NCBI GenBank assembly: GCA_964016885.1
Contig: OZ024740.1
Span: 155,124,001 to 155,188,000 of the forward strand
Direction: 5' to 3'
Length of the DNA: 64,000 bases
Source: Eledone cirrhosa
Lineage: Eukaryota
Numbering within the stretch: position 1 is the stretch's first letter; every line of letters starts with the position of its first letter. Position numbers and translations under genes: made by a program. Below are positions 37,140 through 49,214 of this stretch, piece by piece. The notes under the pieces are model-generated. The model was given only the letters and a program-made list of their open reading frames with translations. It was not told the DNA's origin and made no database searches.

Positions 37140-37314
37140 TGATACCTGGGTTCAATTGGGGGTAACCACAGTTAGTAAAGAACTCAATACATTAGTACAG
37201 TGTACACATGATGCTTCATATAGAAATGGCTTCTACAGGACTAGAACTGTTTCAGTCAAAAGATGATTTCTTTTGAATGAAACAGTTCTAGTCCTGTAGA
37301 AGCCATTTCTATAT
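37140..37314 (-). mobile_element. second member of the 16950-17148 hairpin family
   Basis: Arms 37218-37263 and 37269-37314. Shares GAAACAGTTCTAGTCCTGTAGAA and the tail GGTAACCACAGT...CTCAATACATT. Confidence 0.7.
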
Positions 37315-37323
37315 TAAATATTA

Positions 37324-40012
37324 TCCCCCGTGAAGAATGCACCTCCCAACATAGCCTAGTAGTTAGTGACCTCATAGTCAGGAATAGACGTACTCGACGA
37401 CAGAAGAAGCCTACCTTGAGGAGAAGAATATCGAAGTTGAAGGACCCCATAGCCAGTGATTAAAAGCCAAATTTAAAAGCTTATTACTTGATGCCTTTGA
37501 CAATAAGGAAGAGCAATTAGAGACGTGCAATATAGAGGAACAGTGGCAATTCTTGAAAGTGAACCTGCTGAAAGCAACGGATGAAATCTGTGGCTGGAGC
37601 AGACCTATTGGCAGGAGGAGAGTAACTTGGTGGTGGAACAATAAGGTGGAGGAGACAATCAAGGCCAAAAAGCAGGCTGGGGAAGTAGAGAGCACTATCA
37701 AGTGGCCAGGAGAGAAGCTAGGAGACCAGTGTACCTTGCAAAAGGGAAGCAGAAGATAGAATGTTCAAGCATGTTCTACAACGTGAGGACCAAAAACGTG
37801 AGGTGTTCAGGATTGCTAGACAATGTATCAAGGAAAACCGTGATATTGTCGGGGAGAAGTGAGTCCGTAATGATAACGGTGTACTGATACTGATAAGAAG
37901 ATAGCCTGGAAGTGTCACTACGAGAGACTATTAAATGAGGAGAATAAATGGGAAAAAGATAGTCTGCCCCAATCAATCCATTAGAGGGACCAGCAGTGCA
38001 AGTTAAAGGTAGTATAATAAGTAAGGCAATCAAAGATATGAAGACAGGCAAGGCAACTGGGCCTTCGGAGATAGTTGCTGAGATGTTGAAGGCATCTGGA
38101 ATGGTGGGACATACTATGGTCACCCGTATAGTTAACCAAGTAATACAGAATGGGGTCATATCAAAAGACTGGCGTAACAGCATCATCATTAACTGCTACA
38201 AGGGTAAAGGGAATGCTCTAGATAGGGGAAACTATAGAGGCATTAAGTTAGTTGACCAGGTCATGAAGGTTACAGAAAGAGTTATAGCACAACTAATCAA
38301 AGAGCGAATTGATCTACGCTCTTTTCCTTGTAGACAACTACAGGAGAAGTACCTAGCTAAAAGTAAACCCCTCTACTTAGCTTTTGTTGGACTGGAGAAA
38401 GCCTTTGACAGAATCCCCCGCTCCATATCTGGTGGGCTCTTAGAAAACTAGGTGTAGATAAATGGCTTGTGAGAGCTATACAAGCTATGTATAAAGAAAC
38501 AGTCAGTAAGGTTAGAATTAACAGTGAATATTGTGAAGAATTTAGTGTAAAAGTTGGTGTTCATCAAGGCTCTGTCCTTAGCCCCTCCTATTTATTATTG
38601 CCCTTCAGGCTATAACAGAGGAGTTCAAGACCGGCTGCCCATGGGAACTCCTATACGCAGATGATCTAACTCTCATAGCTGAATCTATGGCTGAACTAGA
38701 GAAGAAATTCCAAACATGGAAGCATGGCCTAGAATCAAAAGGCCTTAAAGTTAACTTGTCTAAGACTAAAGTTCTAGTTTGTAGAAAGGAAAATAGGGCA
38801 CAGGTGCCCTCAGGGAAATGGCCATGCTCAGTGTGTAGGAAAGGAGTAGGCACAAATTCCATTTTATGTCCCAAATGCTATGGGTACATAAAAGATGTAG
38901 TGGGATCACAAGTAAACTATCTAAGAATGCAGACTTTATATGTGGCCAATGCTCAGGTGCAATAAGTAGCAAGTGTCCACAGGATACTAGCTCCTTCTAT
39001 TGCCCAGATGGTTCTATAGAAATAGTGGACACTTTCCGTTACCTGGGTGACGAAATCAGCAGTGGTGGAGGGTGTTCTGAAAGTACAGTAGCCAGAGTCA
39101 GAACGGGATGGAAAAAGTTCAGAGAGCTTATACTGATGTTGGCCACAAAAGGTTTCTTTCTAAAAATGAAAGGCAGGTTGTATGATGCCTGTATACGAAC
39201 AGCAATGCTACATGGCAGTGAGACATGAGCATTACGTGCAGAGGATCTGCGTAGACTGGAAAGGAACGAAGCATGCATGCTCCGCTGGATGCGTAATAGT
39301 AATATACGTGAACGGCAAAGCATAAATGAACTAAGTGAGAAATTAGGAATAAGAGGGATCAGATGCTGTTTACTTGAGAGAAGACTACGTTGGTACGGTC
39401 ACGTGATGCGCATGATGTATAAAAAAGTGCAGGGGGATCAAAATTGATGGTAGTTATGGAGTAGGTAGACCCAGAAAAACCTGGGACGATCTGATAAATT
39501 CTGACCTTACACACTTGCACCTCTCTAAGACAATGTCACCGGACCGAGATCTTTGGCGCTACGCAGTAATACAGAAGACCCGCTTTGCCTATGTACAAAG
39601 CGGAGCCTACAGTCAGTAGGCACCTCTTAACCAAATATACACCCCAATCTACTACCCCTACCCTATCCTCCCACTTCCACCAACACCACCCTCTCTCTGC
39701 AAAGTTGGTCCAGTCCAAATAAATTAGATAATGAGATCGAGATCGTGTAGGTGTCACTACAAAAAAAACCACACAGTTCACGCTGTAATGTGGCCGTTTA
39801 GGTAACACAGTACAAAGTTCCCAGTTCCACACTGTAAATGTGGTTGGTGTTAGGAAGGGCATCCTGCCGTAGAAAACCTACCAGATAGTCCTATATGAGC
39901 GAGACACGGTCACCCGACCAACCTTGCCTCAAGTGGGACAACTCCTGTCTAGCCCATGCTAGCGTGGAAGATGGATGTTAAACGAAGATGATGATGATGA
40001 TGATGATGATGA
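37324..40012 (+). mobile_element. 5'-truncated, multiply frameshifted RTE copy
   Basis: Colinear with the full copy from the end of the APE domain to the (GAT)n tail, with many indels and stops. Confidence 0.95.
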
Positions 40013-40219
40013 CACACGTTTAATAATTTGATGGTTTATCACTGGGTAGAATTGGTAATTCTGCAATGTTAACGATGGCGTAATATGAGAAAAGCACTCG
40101 ACGTTATGCAACTCATCCGTGTCTGCAGAAATAAATAATTAAATAAAAAAATAAATAATTAAGGAAATTCAACATTTTTGGCCTCCTGCAATTTAACTTT
40201 ATAATGTTTATATAAATAT

Positions 40220-40301
<82 letters not shown>

Positions 40302-40749
40302 GTACTTGTCTAGAAGGTGACTTGAACAAAGCGCATATGTTCAAACTAAAACATTTATATTGTGGAAAAGTTATTTTAGCCATATTCAGAAACAAGATAA
40401 ATAAATAAGCTTTACATTTGATCATTTATTTGTTGCTGTCATACTTTTCGTTTCACTGTTTATGACCTGATACAAAATTTTGACACCAAGAAATAATTGA
40501 TGCTTGTAAAGTGTATTTAAGAGTTTTTGTGTTTTTGAATTCCTAAAATGACTCTTCCATGAGTAATTGCATATATGTGTGTGGGTCCTCCATTTTTTAT
40601 GCTTAACTCTTTTGTTCATAGAATGTATTTCCTTAGACACACTCTATTTCAATTCTAAGTGATTTACTAGAATTATTAATTATTTCATTACTAAGATAGT
40701 AACTGAACATAAGGTTCTTATATAAAATTAAGTTGGGAGATTTTAATTT

Positions 40750-41505
40750 AAATTTCATTGCATTGCTGTTCCCTCCACGATAATCATGTAACGTAATGTA
40801 CATATTTTTCTTTCATCTCTACCTCCACACTCCTATTTCGTATCAAGTCCAATCTATTGCTAAAACAAATCTGCATTTTTTGTTATCATTAATTGTTTGA
40901 TACGAGAGTTTTTGTCGTATTGAACAGAACAAATCTTGTATTTTTGTTAATCGCTTGTTAAATACAAGGACCTCATTCAATCATTACCTTCAATCCTTTC
41001 CTATCTCTTCTCCTTCTTATAATTCCTTAATTCCTTAATTCTAGCGTATTTTCAAAACAAAACAAAATCCTTTTCCTTCTTTCGAAACTCTAAACTCCCG
41101 CTTCTACTAGCCCTCGACCCCCCCCCCCCCCCTCCCTCTACTTCACGAGGGCATGGCGGTCAACCGCCCCAATACCTACATCGTGCGGCCAACCCCCCCC
41201 CTCTCTCTCTTAGCTCTATATATATATATATATATAAGATAGAAATCACTTTGCCAAATTTCATTGCATTGCTGTTCCCTCCACAATAATCATGTAACGT
41301 AATGTACATATTTTTCTTTCATCTCTACCTCCACACTCCTATTTCGTATCAAGTCCAAATAGCCAATCTATTGCTAAAACAAATCTGCATTTTTTGTTAT
41401 CATTAATTGTTAGATACGAGAGTTTTTGTCGTATTGAACAGAACAAATCTTGTATTTTTGTTAATCGCTTGTTAAATACAAGGACCTCATTCAATCATTA
41501 CCTTC
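40750..41505. repeat. direct duplication of about 245 bp (40750-40991 and 41256-41505)
   Basis: Near-identical copies; the second carries an 8-nt insertion and ends exactly at the RTE 5' end. Confidence 0.92.
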
Positions 41506-44500
41506 TAGCTAGCTACCCAACACCCCTCCCTCCCCCCCCCCACACCACCATTGTTATTACGTGGACCAATCATAAGCCAGAGCCCCCACGCATCACCAGT
41601 ATTATTATTACGCGGACCAATCATAAGCCAGAGGCCTATACTATCGCTTGCCTGGTTGCCTTTCGATATATTATTGATGGATGGACTGCGGAATCCTGGA
41701 GAGTGGAGGAGAGAGAGAAAATTCTGGACGCTCAGCGACAATGCCAAAGATAAAGACAAATTCACCTCGTGGACGAGAATGCGAGCACTCCTCATTGTTT
41801 CGACCGCGGACGGCTAACATAACCCCATCGCCCCCCGCCCCCCACCGCCCCCAACCCCCAAACGCAATCCAAAACTTCAGAGTTGGTACCATAAATGTAG
41901 GCACCTTAAAGGGTCGCGCTAACGAGGTTGTAGAAATGCTTGAACGTAAGGAGGTCGATGTTTGTTGTATTCAAGAGACCAGATGGAGGGGTGGGTCTGC
42001 TAGATTCATTGAGGGTAAAAAACGATGTTATAAGCTTTTCTGGACGGGAAACGACGATGGGCTGGGTGGAGTAGGAATCATGGTAGCAGAAAAGTGGGCA
42101 GATAAGATAATAGACGTAAATAGAGTGAACGACAGAATAATTAAAATAAGACTTGTCCTCAATAGAACTACGGTGACACTAATATCTGCGTACGCACCCC
42201 AATCCGGACTGCCCGGCACTATAAAAGACAGATTCTATGAGACACTGATGCTCACTACCTCCCAAATAACCGACAGTGACTATATAATTATCGCAGGCGA
42301 CCTAAATGGTCACGTTGGACAACATTGTGATGGCTACGACGAAATCCACGGAGGCTATGGGTTTGGTACTAGAAATGAGGAAGGCTCCAGAATCCTGGAA
42401 TTCTGTGACGCAAATAACCTAACTATCTGTAACACTAACTTCAAAAAACGTGACAATCACCTGATCACCTATAGATCCGGGGAACACACAAGCCAGGTAG
42501 ATTATATCCTTACCAGAAGACGTGACAGAGTGTCTGTTGTAAACACTAAATCCCTCCCCCATGAAGAATGCACCTCCCAACATAGACTGATAATTAGCGA
42601 CCTCATAGTCAGGACGAGACGTACTCGACAGCAGAAGAGGACTATCCTCAGGAGAAAAATATGGAAGCTAAAGGACCCCACAGCCAGAAATAAAGTTCAA
42701 AGCATATTACTTGATGCTTTCGACAGTAAGGAAGAGCATTTAGAGTCGGACAATATAGAGGGACAGTGGGAATTTCTGAAAGCAAACCTGCTGATGGCGA
42801 CAGACGAAGTCTGTGGCTGGAGCAGGCCTGTAGGCAGGAGGAGAGTAACATGGTGGTGGAACAGTAGGGTGGAGGGGTCAATTAAGGCCAAAAAGCAGGC
42901 TTGGAAAGTATGGCGGGATGGGGGAAGTAGAGAAGACTATCAAGTGGCCAGGAGGGAGGTTAGGAGACAAGTGTACTTCGCAAGAAAGAGGAAAGAAAGT
43001 TCAAGCATGTTCTACAACGCGAGGACCAAAAACGTGAGGTGTTCAGGATTGCTAGGCAATGTGTCAAGGAAAACCGTGATATTGTCGGGGAGAAGTGTGT
43101 ACTTAATGATGACGGCGTACTTGCCATCACCGACGCTGATAAGAAGGTAGCTTGGAAGTGCCACTATGAAAGGCTACTAAATGAGGAGAATAAATGGGAG
43201 AAAGACAGTCTCCCCCACATCGACCCAATAGAGGGACCAGCAGTGTTAGTCGAGGGTAGTATAATAAGTAAGGCAATCAAGGATATGAAGACGGGTAAGG
43301 CGGCTGGGCCTTCGGAAATAGTTGCTGAGATGCTGAAGGCATCTGGCTCGGTGGGACACACCTTGGTCACCCGGATAGTTAACCAAGTCGTACAGAATGG
43401 GGTTGTTCCGAAGGACTGGCATAGCAGCATCATCGTTAACTGTTATAAGGGTGAAGGAGATGCCCTAGATAGGAGTAACTATAGAGGCATTAAACTAATC
43501 GACCAGGTCATGAAGGTCACGGAAAAAGTAATAGCGCAACTAATCAGAGAGAGAATTGACCTAGATGAAATGCAGTTCGGGTTTGTGTCAGGCAAAAGTA
43601 CCACAGACGCTCTTTTTATTGTACGTCAACTACAGGAGAAGTACCTAGCTAAAGGTAAACCCCTCTACTTAGCTTTTGTCGACTTGGAGAAAGCCTTCGA
43701 CAGAGTCCCCCGTTCCATTATCTGGTGGGCCCTTAGAAAACTAGGTGTCGATGAATGGCTTGTGAGAGCTATACAAGCCATGTATAAAGAAACAGTCAGC
43801 AAGGTTAGAATTAACAACGAATATAGTGAAGAGTTTAGCGTAAAAGTTGGCGTCCATCAGGGCTCTGTTCTCAGCCCCCTACTATTTATTATTGCCCTTC
43901 AGGCTATAACAGAGGAGTTCAAGACCGGCTGCCCATGGGAACTCCTATACGCAGACGACCTGACACTCATAGCTGAATCAATGGCCGAGCTAGAGAAGAA
44001 ATTCCAAACATGGAAGGACGGCCTAGAATCAAAAGGCCTTAAAATTAACCTGGCTAAGACTAAAGTTCTAGTTTGTAGGAAAGAAAATAAGGTGCCGGTC
44101 CCTTCCGGGAAATGGCCATGCTCAGTGTGTAGGAAAGGCGTAGGTAGAAACTCCATTTTATGTCCCAAATGCAAAGTATGGGTGCATAAAAGATGTAGTG
44201 GGATCACAGGTAAGCTAACTAAGAACTTAGATTTTACATGTGGGCGGTGCTCTGATGCAATAAGTAGCAGCGAGTGCCCACAAAATACTAACTTTTTCAA
44301 TTGCGCAGAGGGCTCTATAGAAATAGTGGACAGCTTCCGTTACCTGGGTGACAAAATCAGCAGTGGGGGAGGGTGCTCCGAAAGTACAGTAGCTAGAGTC
44401 AGAACTGGATGGAAAAAGTTCAGAGAGCTTATACCACTATTAGCCGCTAAAGGGTTCTCCCTAAAAATGAAAGGCAGGTTGTATGATGCCTGCATACGAA

Positions 44501-45293
44501 CAGCAATGTGCATGGCAGTGAGACCAGGGCATTGTGCGCAGAGGATATACGCAGACTAGAGAGGAACGAAGCTTGCATGCTCCGCTGGATGTGTAATAGT
44601 AATATACGTGAACGACAAAGCATAAACGAACTAAGGAAAAAATTAGAAATAAGAGGGATCAGATGTTGTTTACTCGAGAGAAGGCTACGTTGGTACGGAC
44701 ACGTGATGCGCATGAAAGTCGATAGCTGTATAACAAAGTGCAGGGCAATAAAGATAGACGGTAGCCACGGAATAGGCAGACCTAGAAAATCCTGGGACGA
44801 GCTGATAAACTCTGACCTCACACACTTACACCTCTCCAAGACAATGTCACTGGACCGAGACCTTTGGCGGTACTCAGTAATAGAGAAGACCCGCCTTACC
44901 TAAATACATAGTAAAACCTACTACAGCCAGTAGGCATCTCTAACAAAATACACCCCCGTCCCACCACCCACACCCCCATCCACACCACCCCCTCCTATGT
45001 AAAGTTATGTTGGTGCCACAACATCCAGGCCGAAACAAATGAGATCGTGTAGGTGTCACGACAAAAAAACACACAGTCCACGCTGTAATGTGGCCGTGTA
45101 GGCAACACGGTAAAAACCTCCCAGACCCACACTGTAAATGTGGTTGGTGTTAGGAAGGGCATCCAACTGTAGAAAACCTGCCAGACAGTCCTATGCGAGC
45201 AAGACAATCACTCTTGCCTCAAGTGGGAATACCCCCGTCCAAACCCATGCAAGCGTGGAACACGGACGTTAAACGTTGATGATGATGATGAAG
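41506..45293 (+). mobile_element. near-full-length RTE LINE with a single APE-RT ORF broken by two frameshifts
   Basis: APE motifs (GTINV, CCIQETR, AYAPQ, AGDLNGH, VDYIL, SQHRL) and RT motifs (QGSVLSP, YADD). A 7-nt deletion near 42986 and a 1-nt deletion near 44509 relative to the 311-2674 copy. Restoring them gives one 1076-aa ORF at 41681-44903. Ends in a (GAT)n tail. Confidence 0.96.
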
Positions 45294-45432
45294 AATCCTT
45301 TTAAAATGGATGATTTTGGTGAATTTGCTTTCATTTTTTTTTACGTATTTTCTCTGTTAACTCTTTCTTCTCACTAATCAAGCTGCTTGTTTATGTTCTT
45401 AAACCATTCTTTCCCTTCCTTTGTACTTGCAG

Positions 45433-45557
45433 GGTTACCCAGTGCTGGTAGTGCTTTGGCAGCTGGAACCAAACAGCCAGCACAGGCTGCAGCAGCAGGT
45501 GTCAGTGATGCAGATGCTGACTTGGAGGCTCGTTTAGAGAACCTCAGACGGCAATAA
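45433..45557 (+). CDS. CHMP2A: CHMP2A final coding exon (contains MIM1)
   Basis: (G)LPSAGSALAAGTKQPAQAAAAGVSDADADLEARLENLRRQ*. TTGCAG acceptor; the C-terminal DLEARLENLRR is the VPS4-binding MIM1 pattern. The total CDS is 669 nt. Confidence 0.97.
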
Positions 45558-47901
45558 ACAAAATAGGATGTGTGTGGGGGTGTGTGAACGTGTTAGTTTG
45601 TGTGATTGCGGCAGTTTGAGTTGATTGAAGTTGTTTGTTTTGTTTTTCAATTTATCTGGATGTGTGTGTGTGTGTGTGTGAGCGTGTTTATATATATATA
45701 TAATATGTGCGAAATGGATGTTAAATGGTGATAATGATATATATACAATATGCTACCGATATATATATATGTACTGTCTATCAAGCTCTTTATCTTTTAT
45801 TTATTTATCAATATATTTCTCTCACTCTCTTTCTCTCCCACTCAATGTGTAAAACTTCCTTTACCCAATACTCTCCATCAATCAAGAGTTTGATACCAGC
45901 ACTGTGTTGTGTTCATGCTCAAGACACCTGACTATCATGCAATGCAGTTCTGTTACATTCAAACATCTCTCTGGCTATAGCTTGGACAGGAACAAGCACT
46001 GTTATTTATGCTGGTTTGTTCCAAATACATTACACATACATGAAGTTGAAAGTCTTCTGTGGTAACACTACAATCCAATTTATGAGACACTTCAGCACAC
46101 TAACCTACACAACTCTGTACCATGGCAGCACACCATTACATGATCAGTTAAAAATTTGAAAGACATTAATAACAGTCTACATTAGCAGGAATCAATTCTT
46201 TAACAATAGGCATGGCCAAATTGTTAAGAAGTTTGATTCATAATCATGAGGTTTCAATTTGATCCAACTAGGTGGATTTTAAGCAAGTGTCTTCTACCAT
46301 AACTTCAATATGTTTCCAGCTTTGTGAGTAAAATTTGGTTGGTAGAAACTCTGTAGAAGCACATTGGATGGATTGTACATGTAATTCAACAGGCCAGCCT
46401 TGTCACACATATTGTCATACTGATTTTGCCCGAGAATTACTTTAAGTGTTTATGGAATACTCAGCTATTTAATCTATAATATAAAATTTACTGTACCTAT
46501 AATTCAATCTTCTAATATTGTCACACTGATTCTGTTTAGGATACAGGCAATAATCAGCCAATTATACTATAATTCAATCGGTAGCCAGTTTCAGTGAACA
46601 ATGTAAATGTGGTTGGTGTTAGGAAGGGAATCCAGCTGTAGAAATCTATCTAGAAACAGTTCTATATGAGCTAGACACGGTCACTTGACCCAACTTGCCT
46701 CAAATTAGACAACCCATCTAACCCATGCTAGCGTTGAAAGTGGATGTTAAACAATGATGATGATGATGAAAATACTGAAACACCCATCACTGAAATCATT
46801 GGCAGATTCATTTATTTGTATATACAGTAAAGATAGTATATATCTATTGCTTGAAGGCAAATAATCATGTTGCTTGAGAGAATGTAAGCTTGGTTTAGGC
46901 TACATGATAAAAGCAAACTTAGATGATCATTGAAGCAAGCAGTATTAGCTAAAAATTGTTTCGACTTTTGGCACAAGGCCAGCAATTATCCCAGTGCATT
47001 ACTGGTACTTTATTTTATCGACCCCATAAGGATGAAAGACAAAATTAACCTCGGCAGGATTTGAACTCAGATCAGAAAGGGGCGTAACTCTCTGCTGCAA
47101 AGCATGTTGTCCGACCCTCTACCGATACTGCCAAAGCTAATAATAATAATAGTTTAATTTATTCACACATTTGCAGTTTTCTCTCTCCACAGCTTTCTGT
47201 GTTTTGAGCTTCTTTATTTTCAGTGTTCTTTTTTTTTTTCCTGGTATTTTTTCTCCCTGGAATTAAATCTTTTTGACAAAATGAAAACACAGGCTTTAAA
47301 AACTGATTAAAAATATACAAAAAAAAATAATAAAACACACATCAAAAAAGCATTATGTTGAATGTATATTGGTTATATGACAAACCTTAGTTGGAAATTC
47401 TTTCCTTACAATCTTCCCACCCAACCTCTCTGTCTGTAAAAATGAAATTAAATGCTAAGGTGTCTGTAATACATGTATCTTCAAGTTTTACACTATATAT
47501 GTATGTTTGTATGTATATATATATTTCTGTGTGTGTGTGTATATATATATGTGTGTATGTGTGTGGTAATTGGATCTCTGTTGGATTTAACATTGAGTAT
47601 GTCAGTTTTCAATCAACTACTTACTCATAAAATTATTGTGTAATTTAATAAATGAGTATTCCATAGATACCTATTTTCTTAGTGTAATTCTCAGAAAGTA
47701 TCTATACAAGTATTGTTTTACCATAACCTTGGGCTGACCTGAGTGTTGTGTGTGAAATTAAGTAGATCAAAACAGTAGAAGCATGTCAGATGGATTGTGC
47801 ATGTAATGCAAAACACCAGCCTTGTTGCACACTGTGTAATGTATATTCTATCTGAGGATTATTTTAAGGGGACAAATGTCTGTGGTTTATTTTAATCATA
47901 G

Positions 47902-48110
47902 TTAACCCTTTAGCATTTACATTGATCTATATGTACTATTATATTTTCATGGTAAACACTTTATCTCACATAATTATCCCACATAATATCGAATCTAGAA
48001 GAGTTTGATATTATTTATTTTGAGAAAAATACTTTCATCAGTATGGTTTGAACAGAAAGAGGTGAGAGAATTCTGGCCAGATACAGCTGGTTTAAATACT
48101 AAAGGGTTAA
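47902..48110. mobile_element. piggyBac-type MITE
   Basis: TTAA-CCCTTTAGCATTT ... AAATACTAAAGGG-TTAA. Confidence 0.85.
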
Positions 48111-49214
48111 GGCTTTTTTGCAGGTGACATTTCTTCTTACATAATCATCACTAAGTTTGAAATAGTCTGCAGACTCACCACTAAGTACAGTTGTTTAAAC
48201 ATCTACTGCACAAAACCTTTAGGTATATGTAACTAATCCAGTTTACCACCAACACACAATTATAATAAACTCTACACACTTCTAATGCAGGTGTATATTG
48301 AGCACATTTCATTTTTGCTCAGAAACACTAATAAATACCATATATATATATATATATATACACACACACGCACACACACACTCTGTCTCTCTCACTTAAA
48401 ATGTTTGTTTGTTTGTTTTTTTGACAAAGGAATGCTATATATAATTATTTTTATATGTAAATATTTGCTTTATTAGTAAGTGCTAAACTAATTTGCTTCA
48501 CTGCTTGAAAATTACAATAATGTCAACTGCTGTTGGACTGTGTGTGTGTGTGTGTGTCTGCTTGTGCACGCATATATATATATAATTATAATATCAAATA
48601 TATTATATACATACATATATATATATGTGTGTGTGTATGTATGTATATCATCTTTGCTTGTTTCTATGAAAAATACACTGGGCAAATGGTATCCATGTTT
48701 GAATGTCACCAAACATTCTAAAAAGAGCTCAGATGTCTGATAGAGTTGTTGTGATTAACAATATTAATTATATTTTACTTTATAATTGTATGAGTATGTG
48801 GCAGGTGAGGGGGATGTGCATGTGTCTATATGAGTTTACAGATATTTCTTTTAAAGGTGATGATGGCATTCATTCATACACTGTGTTATTTTATGTATGT
48901 AGACTGATGTGTGGCAATCATCTTTGTAATATCTGTTTAATATCTGCTTGCCTATGAAATATTACAAGGACACTTGTATAAAATATTGTGTGTGTGTCTG
49001 TGTGTTTCTTTACACTTGCACATAATGTGCTGAAATAAACAAATTTTATATTCTTAAGGAAGGCAGCAATCCTGTGATGTGTTCTGTACTTTATATCAAA
49101 ATTACATTTTCTTATAATTTCACATAGAACTGTTTCACTCTGTCTTTTACTTTCTTTCATGTTCTTTTTATTTATGTAATATTTGCTTGTTTTTTATTAT
49201 CACTATGCTGAAGA

